From the IMG/VR virus record IMGVR_UViG_3300029717_000023, positions 1 to 37,683 of that record: a stretch of 37,683 nt of DNA, one strand, 5' to 3'. Within the stretch, counting starts at the first letter, position 1. The number at the start of each line of letters is the position of its first letter. Source of the stretch: a virus. Made by a program: the position numbers and the translations under genes. This document shows positions 7,115-15,231 of this stretch, in pieces. The notes under the pieces are model-generated. The model was not told the origin of the DNA and did no database searches. It saw nothing but the letters and a program-made list of their open reading frames with translations.

Positions 7115-7669
7115 TTATAAGTTCAATAACTCTTTTTTCTTGGCATCAAACTCTTCTTGGGTCAAGATTCCCATATCAAGAAGTTCTTTGAATTCTTTTA
7201 ACTGCTCTGCAGCAGATTTATTGTCTGAAGATACTTGTGGAGCATCCACTTTGGATTTTTGTTCATGTAGTATATTATGAAGTTTAGGACCGATTACTTG
7301 AACCTGAAGACCGGGTAGACCAATTCTGATAATCTCATTTTTTGTGCTGATTGTAACAGTACCGAACATTACCTTGTTCTCAGTAGTTATATCATTAAGG
7401 TTGTCATACAGCAATGTGCTTACAGTTCTGCCTACCAGGTTTCTACGGCCGTAGATAATACGTTTGTTCGTAAAGGCGTAAGCGTAATAACCTTCGCTCT
7501 TCGTTAGCGAAGAAGCATTATGCATTCCGATAAAACAGAACAAAACATCTTCATTAGCCTCAAGAGCTTCTTCGACCAATTCGAAGTGAGCAAGCGTCAT
7601 CTTCTTAGTTTCGGCGATCAGGTATTTGTTCTCTTGGACAAAATCCATCATTTCTTTTGCAGTTCTCAT
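7115..7669 (-). CDS. Bacterial PH (YokE-like) domain protein with a C-terminal SHOCT domain
   Basis: FAFTNKRIIYG-type bPH pattern. C-terminus LKEFKELLDMGILTQEEFDAKKKELL matches the SHOCT consensus. SD GGAGGA 7 nt upstream. Confidence 0.55.
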   Translation of the reverse strand: MRTAKEMMDFVQENKYLIAETKKMTLAHFELVEEALEANEDVLFCFIGMHNASSLTKSEGYYAYAFTNKRIIYGRRNLVGRTVSTLLYDNLNDITTENKVMFGTVTISTKNEIIRIGLPGLQVQVIGPKLHNILHEQKSKVDAPQVSSDNKSAAEQLKEFKELLDMGILTQEEFDAKKKELLNL

Positions 7670-7822
7670 ATCATGTTCCTCCTAAATATAAATATATAAA
7701 AAAGTATATAATATAAACATATTAACAGATGTCGAAACCTGTCGAACTTCCACTATTTACTTGTATATTTATCGCCTGAAGAGGAGTATCCTATATTCAA
7801 GGCACCCAGCGGAAAGGGTGTA

Positions 7823-8005
7823 ATGAACGAAATAATAATCCTACAACAGAATAATAAAAGGTATCTATTCGAAATAACTGGTAAAGTGTATAAGCATTTC
7901 GGCGTAGATAATATCTATGCCGTAGCCGTATATTATACCGGTCACATCATATACAATCTTGACTTCGATGTAAAATACGAAGAAAAAATCATACTAACCA
8001 AATAG
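7823..8005 (+). CDS. Hypothetical small protein (60 aa)
   Basis: ORF only. AT-rich, no clear SD. Confidence 0.2.
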   Translation: MNEIIILQQNNKRYLFEITGKVYKHFGVDNIYAVAVYYTGHIIYNLDFDVKYEEKIILTK

Positions 8006-8029
8006 ACTATATAGCTGGGTGCTTATTCA

Positions 8030-8203
8030 TTAAGCCCCTTTTGTTTTACTGGCCAATTCTCTCGCCGTTCTCAATAGTGATTCCCGCTGCCCATCTGCGA
8101 GCAACCGGTAATAAGAAATCAATTCTTCATAGTAGAGGAAAATATCCTCATTCTTAAATTGTATTGTTAAGCTCTCAAAATCCGCCTTACTATCATTTAT
8201 CAT
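8030..8203 (-). CDS. HTH-less paralogue of the repressor's central domain (57 aa)
   Basis: Not in the track (<60 aa). Its ATG overlaps the repressor stop (TAATG). TIQFKNEDIFLYYEELISYYRLLADGQRESLLRTAREL aligns to repressor KIEFNNKDDFLYYNELFSYCKTLSAASRGKVVERARVL. Confidence 0.45.
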   Translation of the reverse strand: MINDSKADFESLTIQFKNEDIFLYYEELISYYRLLADGQRESLLRTARELASKTKGA

Positions 8204-8757
8204 TATTCAGCCTTATCCTTTACATCCAGAGCATCACGCTTAAGCAGCTCCGCATTACCCTTATTAATTAAATCATTAACTGTGGACTCAACATCATCGT
8301 CGCGTATTTTTTTAACAAGTTCCGCATCAGGACCGGAGTATTCTTCCGGAACCTCAACATCTATATCTTCTTCGTTCTCAAATTCACATAAGACACGAGC
8401 CCTTTCTACGACTTTTCCCCTTGATGCTGCCGACAATGTTTTACAGTAAGAAAACAGTTCGTTATAGTAAAGGAAATCATCTTTATTATTGAATTCAATT
8501 TTCCAAACTCCGTCTGTAGCACGAACGTTGGTCAGGCCGACCAGGTAATCTAAGTCGACATTAAAAAAGTCGGCAATGTTTTTAGCGTATTCTAAATAAG
8601 GATCACTTTTATCGTTCTCCCATTTAGAAATCATTGATTTGTTTATGCTCAAATCAAATTTTATGTTGAGCTGCTCTGCAAGTTCCTCCTGCGTTAGCCC
8701 TTGCTCTTTTCTCAAAAGTTTAATCCGCCCCCCTATTATAGTAGCCAATTTGTTCAT
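8203..8757 (-). CDS. CI-like repressor, XRE-family HTH
   Basis: GGRIKLLRKEQGLTQEELAEQLN...ISKWENDKSDP is a classic HTH_3 pattern. ATG 8757 follows SD GAGAGGA; the track ORF extends to 8826. Confidence 0.85.
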   Translation of the reverse strand: MNKLATIIGGRIKLLRKEQGLTQEELAEQLNIKFDLSINKSMISKWENDKSDPYLEYAKNIADFFNVDLDYLVGLTNVRATDGVWKIEFNNKDDFLYYNELFSYCKTLSAASRGKVVERARVLCEFENEEDIDVEVPEEYSGPDAELVKKIRDDDVESTVNDLINKGNAELLKRDALDVKDKAE

Positions 8758-8792
8758 TCCTCTCTTTTTTTTAGTATGACTAAAATATAACA

Positions 8793-8806
8793 CGAAAGTT
8801 TCGATA
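8793..8806. promoter_or_regulatory. Operator-like site 1 (cgAAAGTTTCGAta)
   Basis: Shares the AAAGTTTCGA core with sites at 8875-8888 and 9131-9144. Lies in the divergent CI/Cro intergenic region. Confidence 0.4.
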
Positions 8807-8841
8807 ATGCAATAAAATTTTAGCAAAAATTAAAAAAATTA

Positions 8842-8870
8842 TTGACAATGAAACAAATGAGGTGTACGAT
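8842..8870 (+). promoter_or_regulatory. Candidate rightward early promoter
   Basis: TTGACA at 8842-8847, 17-nt spacer, TACGAT at 8865-8870. Confidence 0.4.
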
Positions 8871-8874
8871 AAAT

Positions 8875-8888
8875 AAAAAGTTTCGAAA
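8875..8888. promoter_or_regulatory. Operator-like site 2 (AAAAAGTTTCGAAA)
   Basis: Contains the perfect palindrome tttcgaaa. Lies just downstream of the candidate -10. Confidence 0.4.
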
Positions 8889-8907
8889 ACAACAACAAAG
8901 GAGGGAT

Positions 8908-9132
8908 ATGATGCTTAGAAACGAAACGAAGCGGAAAAGAACACCATATACAAAGTTCTCGTTATTTCTCAGGGAACATAATATACCGCAGTCCGAGATA
9001 GCGGAACTTCTGAACAAAGGCGTTGCAGCTGTAAATCAGAACATCAATGGGACGGGTGGGGACTTCACTGTCAGCGAAGTAGTGAAGATCTGCAACAAAT
9101 ATGAGATATCCACAGAGATTTTTTTTAACTAA
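8908..9132 (+). CDS. Cro-like small DNA-binding protein
   Basis: ATG after SD AAGGAGGG. Divergent from the repressor. FSLFLREHNIPQSEIAELLNKGVAAVNQ is HTH-like. Confidence 0.55.
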   Translation: MMLRNETKRKRTPYTKFSLFLREHNIPQSEIAELLNKGVAAVNQNINGTGGDFTVSEVVKICNKYEISTEIFFN

Positions 9133-9144
9133 AAAGTTTCGAAA
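9131..9144. promoter_or_regulatory. Operator-like site 3 (AAAAAGTTTCGAAA)
   Basis: 14-nt identity with site 2, immediately after the Cro-like stop. Confidence 0.35.
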
Positions 9145-9172
9145 GTGACAACTTATTGAAGAGACTGACCGG

Positions 9173-9202
9173 ATTTTTATGTTACTCTCGTAACATAAAA
9201 AT
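9173..9202. promoter_or_regulatory. Perfect 13-bp inverted repeat with a 4-nt loop
   Basis: atttttatgttac-tctc-gtaacataaaaat. AT-only stem and no U tract, so it is more likely a protein-binding palindrome or RNA element than a strong terminator. Confidence 0.35.
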
Positions 9203-9226
9203 AATGATATGTATTGACATATCATT
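9203..9226. promoter_or_regulatory. 9-bp inverted repeat overlapping a TTGACA -35 box
   Basis: aatgatatg (9203-9211) pairs with catatcatt (9218-9226). TTGACA at 9214-9219, upstream of the 9251 HTH gene. Confidence 0.35.
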
Positions 9227-9250
9227 AAGAACAACATACAGGAGGGAAAT

Positions 9251-9445
9251 ATGAAATTCGGCGAAAACCTGAAAAGGGTACGGAATGAGAAAGGTTTTAC
9301 TTTGAAGCAGCTCAGCTTCCGTACAGGGATTGACGCCTCACAGCTCTCACGATATGAGAGCGGAGGCGCTCTCCCATCAATAGAAACTGCAGCCAAAATC
9401 GCAATCGGGCTAGGAACAACGCTTGATGTGATGACGAAGGAATAA
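9251..9445 (+). CDS. Second XRE-family HTH protein (64 aa)
   Basis: NLKRVRNEKGFTLKQLSFRTGIDASQLSRYESG is an HTH_3 pattern. SD AGGAGGG. Confidence 0.7.
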   Translation: MKFGENLKRVRNEKGFTLKQLSFRTGIDASQLSRYESGGALPSIETAAKIAIGLGTTLDVMTKE

Positions 9446-9458
9446 TGGAGGAAATAAG

Positions 9459-9644
9459 ATGAAGAGAGAAATGAGCAAAGAAGAAAGAGAATATCGGAGA
9501 TTTATGTACAACCCTAAAAATGTAAAAAAATGCGGGGCGTGCCCGGAGAACCAGGGGTGTGACGACTTCCAGCATCGCCTACCCTGTGGCCAGTGGTATT
9601 GCTGGGTAGAGCTACATTGTGGAGGTGAAGACGATGATGAATAG
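9459..9644 (+). CDS. Small Cys-rich hypothetical protein
   Basis: SD GGAGGA. Contains CGACPENQGC...CGQWYCWVELHC. Confidence 0.4.
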   Translation: MKREMSKEEREYRRFMYNPKNVKKCGACPENQGCDDFQHRLPCGQWYCWVELHCGGEDDDE

Positions 9645-9840
9645 AAAAGAAGTTATAAATCGGCTGGAAAGCTTCTCCGGCGGAGTATTCATAACGCGCA
9701 AGAAATTAACGGCGGCATTAGGCCGTAAAGACCCACACTCGGTAGACAAATACCTGAGGGATCTGCCAAGAGTAGATAAGGAACTGTACTTCATTCCTGA
9801 CGTGGCAGACGCTCTCATAGCGACAGCAGGAGGCAGATGA
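9634..9840 (+). CDS. Small hypothetical protein, possibly DNA-binding (Xis-like by position only)
   Basis: ATG 8 nt after GGAGG (9621-9625). 68 aa. Confidence 0.35.
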   Translation: MMNRKEVINRLESFSGGVFITRKKLTAALGRKDPHSVDKYLRDLPRVDKELYFIPDVADALIATAGGR

Positions 9841-10139
9841 TGAGAAAGAAATACAGAATAAGAAAATTAAGCCCGCTGTGGTGGGCAAGCCGTGTAGGAT
9901 TACTGCTGTTATTGGCAGCAGCAGTATACATAATAACAGGCGCTGCGGTAGCTCTGCAGTAGATAGACCCTAACATTCGAGCACAAGAAAGGAACTATAT
10001 ATGGGCAGGGCAAAAAGAAAATACAGACAGCGCAGACGAGCTGAAAGACCGCCGAAAGAACCTAGACGTACAACTTGGGAGCGTCTGGTCATAGAACGCG
10101 TAAGCTCTGAGTACAGCAGGTATGGGAGGACTGATAGAG

Positions 10140-10514
10140 ATGGCAAACTATTATGATTCCTGCCCGATACCTAAACCTCGGAGCGCAAAAAAGAAAAGAG
10201 CCTGCAATGGCTACAAGGACAAGAAGAGTAGATATTGCTACTACTGCGGCACTCCATATGCTGAGAGACACGAAGTGTATGGCGGGCCAAACAGGCAGAA
10301 ATCTATCCTGAACAAGTGGCAGGTGGATTTATGCCATAGCTGCCACGAAGAAATGCAGGCAAATATCACCGAGAGGGCGAAGCAGCGGAACGCATACTGG
10401 AGACAGAAGTTCCAGCGTGAATATGAAGAAAGGCTTACAGCTTCCGGAATAACACCGGAGCAGGCAAGAGACCTCTGGATTAAGGAGGTAGGAAGGAGTT
10501 ATTTAGATGTATGA
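10140..10514 (+). CDS. Zinc-ribbon phage protein (NinG/DUF968-like pattern)
   Basis: Basic N-terminus, then CYYCG...ERHEVYGGPNRQKS...LCHSCH. ATG follows GGAGGA. Confidence 0.35.
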   Translation: MANYYDSCPIPKPRSAKKKRACNGYKDKKSRYCYYCGTPYAERHEVYGGPNRQKSILNKWQVDLCHSCHEEMQANITERAKQRNAYWRQKFQREYEERLTASGITPEQARDLWIKEVGRSYLDV

Positions 10515-10893
10515 CGAAATGGAAATGATGAACGGCACTTGCTCGTACTGTGGGCAGGTAATAGCCGTCAAGGCTATGGATCAGCGAGATGCTGACCTCA
10601 AAGCCGCAGATGAGTGTAATTGTGAGAAAGCCGCAAGAGCAAGACGGTACAAGGGGGCAAACAGTTATCTGCAGCAGCTTATAGCGGGCGAACGCTGCAG
10701 AGCGGCAGGGTTTGTGGAGCTGAGCGAAAAACAGATACAGCTTGCAAGCCTTGCGCTTGAAAGCGTCTGCAAGGACGATGTGCCATCAGTGCAGATCAAC
10801 CTTGAAGACTCGGCCTTAAAGATTGCCGCGAAAGCGGAGGGTAAAATCGCAGTCACCAGAACCAAGAAGGTGCAGATGAGGGCAGAAGTGTGA
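10507..10893 (+). CDS. Hypothetical protein with an N-terminal CxxC
   Basis: ORF with overlapping start and stop on both sides. Confidence 0.4.
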   Translation: MYDEMEMMNGTCSYCGQVIAVKAMDQRDADLKAADECNCEKAARARRYKGANSYLQQLIAGERCRAAGFVELSEKQIQLASLALESVCKDDVPSVQINLEDSALKIAAKAEGKIAVTRTKKVQMRAEV

Positions 10894-11342
10894 TTTGCCC
10901 TCATTGTAAAACAGATACGGCTTGCAGCTGGTGGCACCAGTGCCCGATGCATAACGACAAACCAGTTTGCAGGGACTGTCACAGTTCCTGCAAATATAAC
11001 GCAGATACGCATAACGGTCCCGGCTGTTCATATCGCAGGCACAACCCGAAAGTAGATCACCGGGAAGAATTGATCAAACTGGATAACCAGATCAGGGCCA
11101 AGGTCAAGAAGCAGCAGTTCTATTACCATAGAGGCTGGATGAAAGGTGGCCACGAGATAGGACTGGAAGTGGCAAGACTTAAACGTCTTAGAAAAGAAGT
11201 AGAAAGGGGCGACAACGATGAAACAAATCTTTATAGCAATAGTCTTAGCGGCAGTGCTGACAATACCGTTCGCACCGCCGCTGGAAGAACCGGAAATCTA
11301 CGCAGCAGAACAGACAGAAGCAATAGAGAAGCAGGAATTTGA
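10890..11342 (+). CDS. Cys-rich hypothetical protein; 3' end uncertain
   Basis: GTG start overlaps the upstream stop. Many Cys/His residues in the first 50 aa. The last ~41 codons overlap the SLT gene and look like out-of-frame read-through. Confidence 0.35.
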   Translation: MICPHCKTDTACSWWHQCPMHNDKPVCRDCHSSCKYNADTHNGPGCSYRRHNPKVDHREELIKLDNQIRAKVKKQQFYYHRGWMKGGHEIGLEVARLKRLRKEVERGDNDETNLYSNSLSGSADNTVRTAAGRTGNLRSRTDRSNREAGI

Positions 11343-11751
11343 GTCATGGGATATACCGCTGTCAGATGACCTGCAGCAGCACATTCACAGACTGTGTGAG
11401 AAATACGACATTAGCTACGCACTGGTCATAGCAATGATAGATGTTGAGAGCAACTTCAACAGCAAGGCGGTAAGCAGCACCAGTGACTACGGTCTGATGC
11501 AGATTAACGCCATAAATCACAAAGGCAATGTGGATTACCTGGATCCATACGACAATGTAGAGCACGGCATCAAGGCGCTGCACAAACTGGCAAAGAAGTA
11601 TAACGAAGCTGACCTGGTGCTTATGTGCTGGAACTGCGGAGAAGCCGGAGCAAGGAAGCTCTGGCAGGAAGGCATATACAGCACGGAGTACAGCCGAAAA
11701 GTCCTTGAGACGAAACTGGAATACGAAAGAAAGAATGAGGGCAATTATTGA
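11218..11751 (+). CDS. Secreted or membrane-anchored lytic transglycosylase (SLT domain)
   Basis: Signal/TM segment MKQIFIAIVLAAVLTIPF. Catalytic pattern IAMIDVESNFNSKAVSSTSDYGLMQIN. Confidence 0.8.
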   Translation: MKQIFIAIVLAAVLTIPFAPPLEEPEIYAAEQTEAIEKQEFESWDIPLSDDLQQHIHRLCEKYDISYALVIAMIDVESNFNSKAVSSTSDYGLMQINAINHKGNVDYLDPYDNVEHGIKALHKLAKKYNEADLVLMCWNCGEAGARKLWQEGIYSTEYSRKVLETKLEYERKNEGNY

Positions 11752-12056
11752 TGAAACGGACAGCGTACATTATCGGCGATAAAAAAAGAATTGGAGCCGA
11801 TAAAGATTTTGCAAAAGCGGAGAGGCATCTTGAGAATTTCTTTTTTGTGGTTTTCAACCCAAAAGCGCATCATGCGACAGTGCTGAAAACTGCAGACTAT
11901 AACGAAAAGGAAGCCGCAGCAATCTTTAAATGTTATATGAGAGAGTGCGATATGGTATTCGTGCTTAACGGATATGAACAGTCGGCAGAGGCTCTCGAAG
12001 AATACAAAGAAGCAGAGTTTCTGGGAATGCCAATGAGTTTCCAGACGTGGAAGTAA
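11751..12056 (+). CDS. DUF4406-like (nucleoside deoxyribosyltransferase-like fold) protein
   Basis: TGATG overlap with the SLT stop. The pattern ...FNP...CDMVFVLNGYEQSAEALEEYKEAEFLGMP resembles the DUF4406 consensus. Confidence 0.45.
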   Translation: MKRTAYIIGDKKRIGADKDFAKAERHLENFFFVVFNPKAHHATVLKTADYNEKEAAAIFKCYMRECDMVFVLNGYEQSAEALEEYKEAEFLGMPMSFQTWK

Positions 12057-12103
12057 AACTATTAAACGACTTGCATAACGTTGAAGAATGAAAGGAGCAA
12101 TAA

Positions 12104-12412
12104 ATGAGCGAGAAAATTAATAAAGCAATAGCGCAAATAACAGATGAATGTAAAGGGAATGAGCACCTTATTCCTTTTGAAGAATATCTGACGTCAATCT
12201 GCACAACAGATGATGTGGCAGAAAAGATCCTGAACAGGGACAAGAGTTTAAAAGGCTGCTTCGAAAAAATGAAAAGCATTGCCCGCGGCCGGGCAAAAAA
12301 TAACTGCGCGTATATCCCGCCGGAAGAAGGCTTCCGGATTATAAAAGACTATTACGGGATAAAGGACAATAAAAAAGCTGGTCCCGCTATAGATATAATG
12401 GATCTTTTATAG
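12104..12412 (+). CDS. PcfK-like protein
   Basis: SD AAAGGAG. KSLKGCFEKMKSIARGRAKNNCAYIPPEEGFRIIKDYYGI resembles the PcfK-like family. Followed by a PcfJ-like gene, as in the pCF10 arrangement. Confidence 0.5.
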   Translation: MSEKINKAIAQITDECKGNEHLIPFEEYLTSICTTDDVAEKILNRDKSLKGCFEKMKSIARGRAKNNCAYIPPEEGFRIIKDYYGIKDNKKAGPAIDIMDLL

Positions 12413-12421
12413 GAGGCGGCC

Positions 12422-13897
12422 ATGGACAGACCATATAAGATAAAAAGACCTGCAAGAGTCGATAAGTTCATACTCGAAAAGGCAGACAAAGCATATCTGA
12501 TATTTGACAAAAAGAATGATTCTGTTTTCTGCACGATTAGAAATAAAATGATTAAATGCAGTGCAAAGCAATTCACTCACAATCGTCAGGAGCACTGTCA
12601 TAGGTGCAGCAAGGTTTGTATAAACGCGCTGCCCAAGGAAAGTAGATACGGCAGGAAAAGCCTTACGGAATGCGGGCGCATATTGTGGTTTACCAAAACC
12701 AAGAATGTCGTATACGCACAGTTGGACGAGTATATGATTGATTACTGCAATGAACAGCCCGAGATTGAATATAACCCCGTGCAGCAGTACAAGTTTTCGG
12801 GGAGTGAATGCGTCAGGTATGAAAAAGCATACCCTAACTACTTTGGAGGGAATGGACCTTGGCAGCAGCGCTCAAGCTTCAGATTGCCAAGGCCGGTGGG
12901 GATACCGTATTATTACACCGGATCGCCATTCGAAAAAACACTGCTTTACACGGGGAATATCAAAAAAATAAATGCCGGTCCATTAATCTATGCAGACACT
13001 TATGGCTTGGCAAAGCTGGTTGGCCTAAATCCATACAGTTACCTGCACATCCTGCATCAATGGTGTACCTACAGCTCAATAGAATTGCTGTACAAAGCAG
13101 GACTTACAAACATAGTGAAAGACAGAGCTGAGGAGAAAGGCTGCAGAGCTATAAACTGGCGGGCAAACTCCCTGCGCAGGATACTGAAATCCCCGCCTGC
13201 AGAAATCAAACAACTGCAGGCAGTAAACCCCACAATAGAAGGGTTTGAGTTGTACAAAAAAGCCAAAGGCATTTTTGACGGCATGCGACCGGAATTCATC
13301 CCGCTTATAGATGAATACAGAGCCATAGAGCGCATGGAAAAAATGTCGGAACAAATCAATATCCAAAAAGCTATGGAGTATATGTTCGAACAAGAAGTAA
13401 GAATTGGCGACTACGAAGACCATCTCAGGCTACTGGCCGAAACGGGTCAGCGCAGAAACAACAAGAATTTGTTTCCGGAAGATTTTGCCGCACAGCATGA
13501 ATTTTTGACACTTCTGTATGCAGACCGAAACAACCCAACTACGACAGAACTTATGAAAGCGGCCTTCAAAAAAGTAGAATACCTCAGTTATAGTTTTGAT
13601 GATTTGACTATATCGCCTGCAAAATCACCCTCAGACCTTGCAAAAGAGTCCAGCTATCTTCATCACTGTGTGAAAACGTACAGTGAAAGAGTTGCGGGTG
13701 GCAGGGCGTATATATTTTTCATAAGAAAAAAGGACAGGCCGGAAATGCCATACTATACACTCCAGCTCAGTCCGGACTTTAAGATTGTTCAATGCAGGGG
13801 TGATCACAACCGCGATATGACCGAAGAGGTGAAACAATTTGTGCAGAAATGGGCAGTCTTTGTAAACAAACAGACAAAAAAGAAAGGAGCAGCATAA
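12422..13897 (+). CDS. PcfJ-like protein
   Basis: C-terminal ESSYLHHCVKTYSERVAGGRAYIFFIRKKDRPEMPYYTLQL...IVQCRGDHN matches the remembered PcfJ domain signature. Confidence 0.6.
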   Translation: MDRPYKIKRPARVDKFILEKADKAYLIFDKKNDSVFCTIRNKMIKCSAKQFTHNRQEHCHRCSKVCINALPKESRYGRKSLTECGRILWFTKTKNVVYAQLDEYMIDYCNEQPEIEYNPVQQYKFSGSECVRYEKAYPNYFGGNGPWQQRSSFRLPRPVGIPYYYTGSPFEKTLLYTGNIKKINAGPLIYADTYGLAKLVGLNPYSYLHILHQWCTYSSIELLYKAGLTNIVKDRAEEKGCRAINWRANSLRRILKSPPAEIKQLQAVNPTIEGFELYKKAKGIFDGMRPEFIPLIDEYRAIERMEKMSEQINIQKAMEYMFEQEVRIGDYEDHLRLLAETGQRRNNKNLFPEDFAAQHEFLTLLYADRNNPTTTELMKAAFKKVEYLSYSFDDLTISPAKSPSDLAKESSYLHHCVKTYSERVAGGRAYIFFIRKKDRPEMPYYTLQLSPDFKIVQCRGDHNRDMTEEVKQFVQKWAVFVNKQTKKKGAA

Positions 13898-14848
13898 ATG
13901 AATGAAGTAGTAGATGTTGAATTCAAAGAAGTACAGGAAAGAACGTTGCCTGTAATAGCATCTGAAATAAAGACCATTGAGGAAGTTGTGTACAAGACAA
14001 CCCTTGAGGGTGTAATCCAAATAGGCAGGAGGTTGGAAGAGGCGAAAGGGAAGGTTGGCCACGGCAGCTTCTCGGACTGGTGCAAGGAATACCTGGGGTA
14101 CTCCCAGAGGCAGGCACAAAAATATATGGAAATATCATCGAAATACAGCGATGAAAACAGTCCTTTTTCAAATGCGAATATATCTTCGCATTTGAGTATT
14201 TCCAAGGCTTACAGCCTCTTGGCGCTTCCTGAGGAAGAAGTGGAAAACTTCACCGAAGAACACGACGTTGAGAGCCTGACTGTCAAACAGCTTGAGGAAG
14301 AAATAAGGAGTCTGAAAGAGGAAAAAACAAGGGAACTGGAACAAAAGGCAGAAGAAGTGCAGGAGCTCAAAAGCATAATGTTGCAGCTCGAGAACGAAAA
14401 AGCAAACATTCCAGACACTGAAGCACTGGAGGCAGAGCTCCGGCAGATGAGGGAAGCTCTGGAGCAGGCAGAAGCCGAAAAAGAAAAACTGGAGCAAAAG
14501 GTCGACAAATTCAAAGGCAAGATAGATAAGGCAGAAGAAGAAAAAGAAAAAGCGGTAAAAAAGGTAACTGACGAGAGAGACGATGCAATCAAGACTGCTG
14601 TCAACGAAGCAGTAGAAGAAACATACAAGGAAGCTCAGAGAGCTGCAGAGGAGGAAAAGGCGGAACTCAGAAAACAGTTAAACTCTGCAGACCCGGTACT
14701 GGTGAAATTCAAAGAACGTTTTGATGCCCTGCAGGTGTGCGTCGAAAACATCAAAGAAGCCATAGCGGAAAGCGGAGATGAACAGCAGAAGGAGAGCATG
14801 AAAAAAGCCCTAAAGACTGCGCTCTCCCAGATACAGGAGGCGATATAA
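13898..14848 (+). CDS. DUF3102-like protein with a long E/K-rich coiled coil
   Basis: N-terminus IQIGRRLEEAKGKVGHGSFSDWCKEYLGYSQRQAQKYMEI fits the DUF3102 pattern. The rest is an E/K coiled coil. Confidence 0.55.
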   Translation: MNEVVDVEFKEVQERTLPVIASEIKTIEEVVYKTTLEGVIQIGRRLEEAKGKVGHGSFSDWCKEYLGYSQRQAQKYMEISSKYSDENSPFSNANISSHLSISKAYSLLALPEEEVENFTEEHDVESLTVKQLEEEIRSLKEEKTRELEQKAEEVQELKSIMLQLENEKANIPDTEALEAELRQMREALEQAEAEKEKLEQKVDKFKGKIDKAEEEKEKAVKKVTDERDDAIKTAVNEAVEETYKEAQRAAEEEKAELRKQLNSADPVLVKFKERFDALQVCVENIKEAIAESGDEQQKESMKKALKTALSQIQEAI

Positions 14849-15231
14849 TGCCGGGCAAGATACCTATAACGGAGGAAGAGTTCAGAGAACTCTGCAGCAG
14901 ACACACAAAAGAAGAGATAGCACAGATGAAAGGCGCAACATACGGCTGGGTATGGAGCAAAACAAAGCAGTACGGTGTAAAACCTGTAGCAGCATGCGAA
15001 GTCTGTGAGAAAAGATTTACTCCGAAAGGAAGGGAGAAATGCTGCCCTTCCTGCAGGACAACCCCGCAAAAGGAAAGGTGCAAACCCGCCTATAAACCAA
15101 AAGAAGAAAATATAAGGAAATCGAATGCCTTCGAGATTGAAAGGCAAATGCGCAAACAAGGCAGAAGCTATGCAGACTACCAAAAGGCAAAGACAATCGA
15201 AGAATTTGCAAGAGTGAAGGTGATGAAATGA
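14848..15231 (+). CDS. Hypothetical zinc-ribbon protein
   Basis: CEVCEKRF...CCPSCR. TAATG overlap with the upstream gene. Confidence 0.4.
   Translation: MPGKIPITEEEFRELCSRHTKEEIAQMKGATYGWVWSKTKQYGVKPVAACEVCEKRFTPKGREKCCPSCRTTPQKERCKPAYKPKEENIRKSNAFEIERQMRKQGRSYADYQKAKTIEEFARVKVMK

Noticed and set aside
8758-8826. The upstream extension of the repressor ORF (track start 8826) and of the integrase ORF (track start 7029)
   Set aside because: Internal ATGs at 8757 and 6960 are preceded by good SDs and coincide with the start of the family-like sequence. The extensions are hydrophobic read-through of promoter regions.
12738-13131. Internal + strand ORFs 12738-12971 and 12859-13131
   Set aside because: They are alternative frames inside the 491-aa PcfJ-like gene, with no independent RBS.
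14250-14700. A repetitive GAA/AAG-rich stretch as a DNA tandem repeat, and the long antisense ORFs 14168-14497, 14209-14628 and 14635-15252
   Set aside because: The composition reflects an E/K-rich coiled coil in the + strand DUF3102-like gene, and I found no exact unit. The antisense ORFs are low-complexity shadows with no SD.
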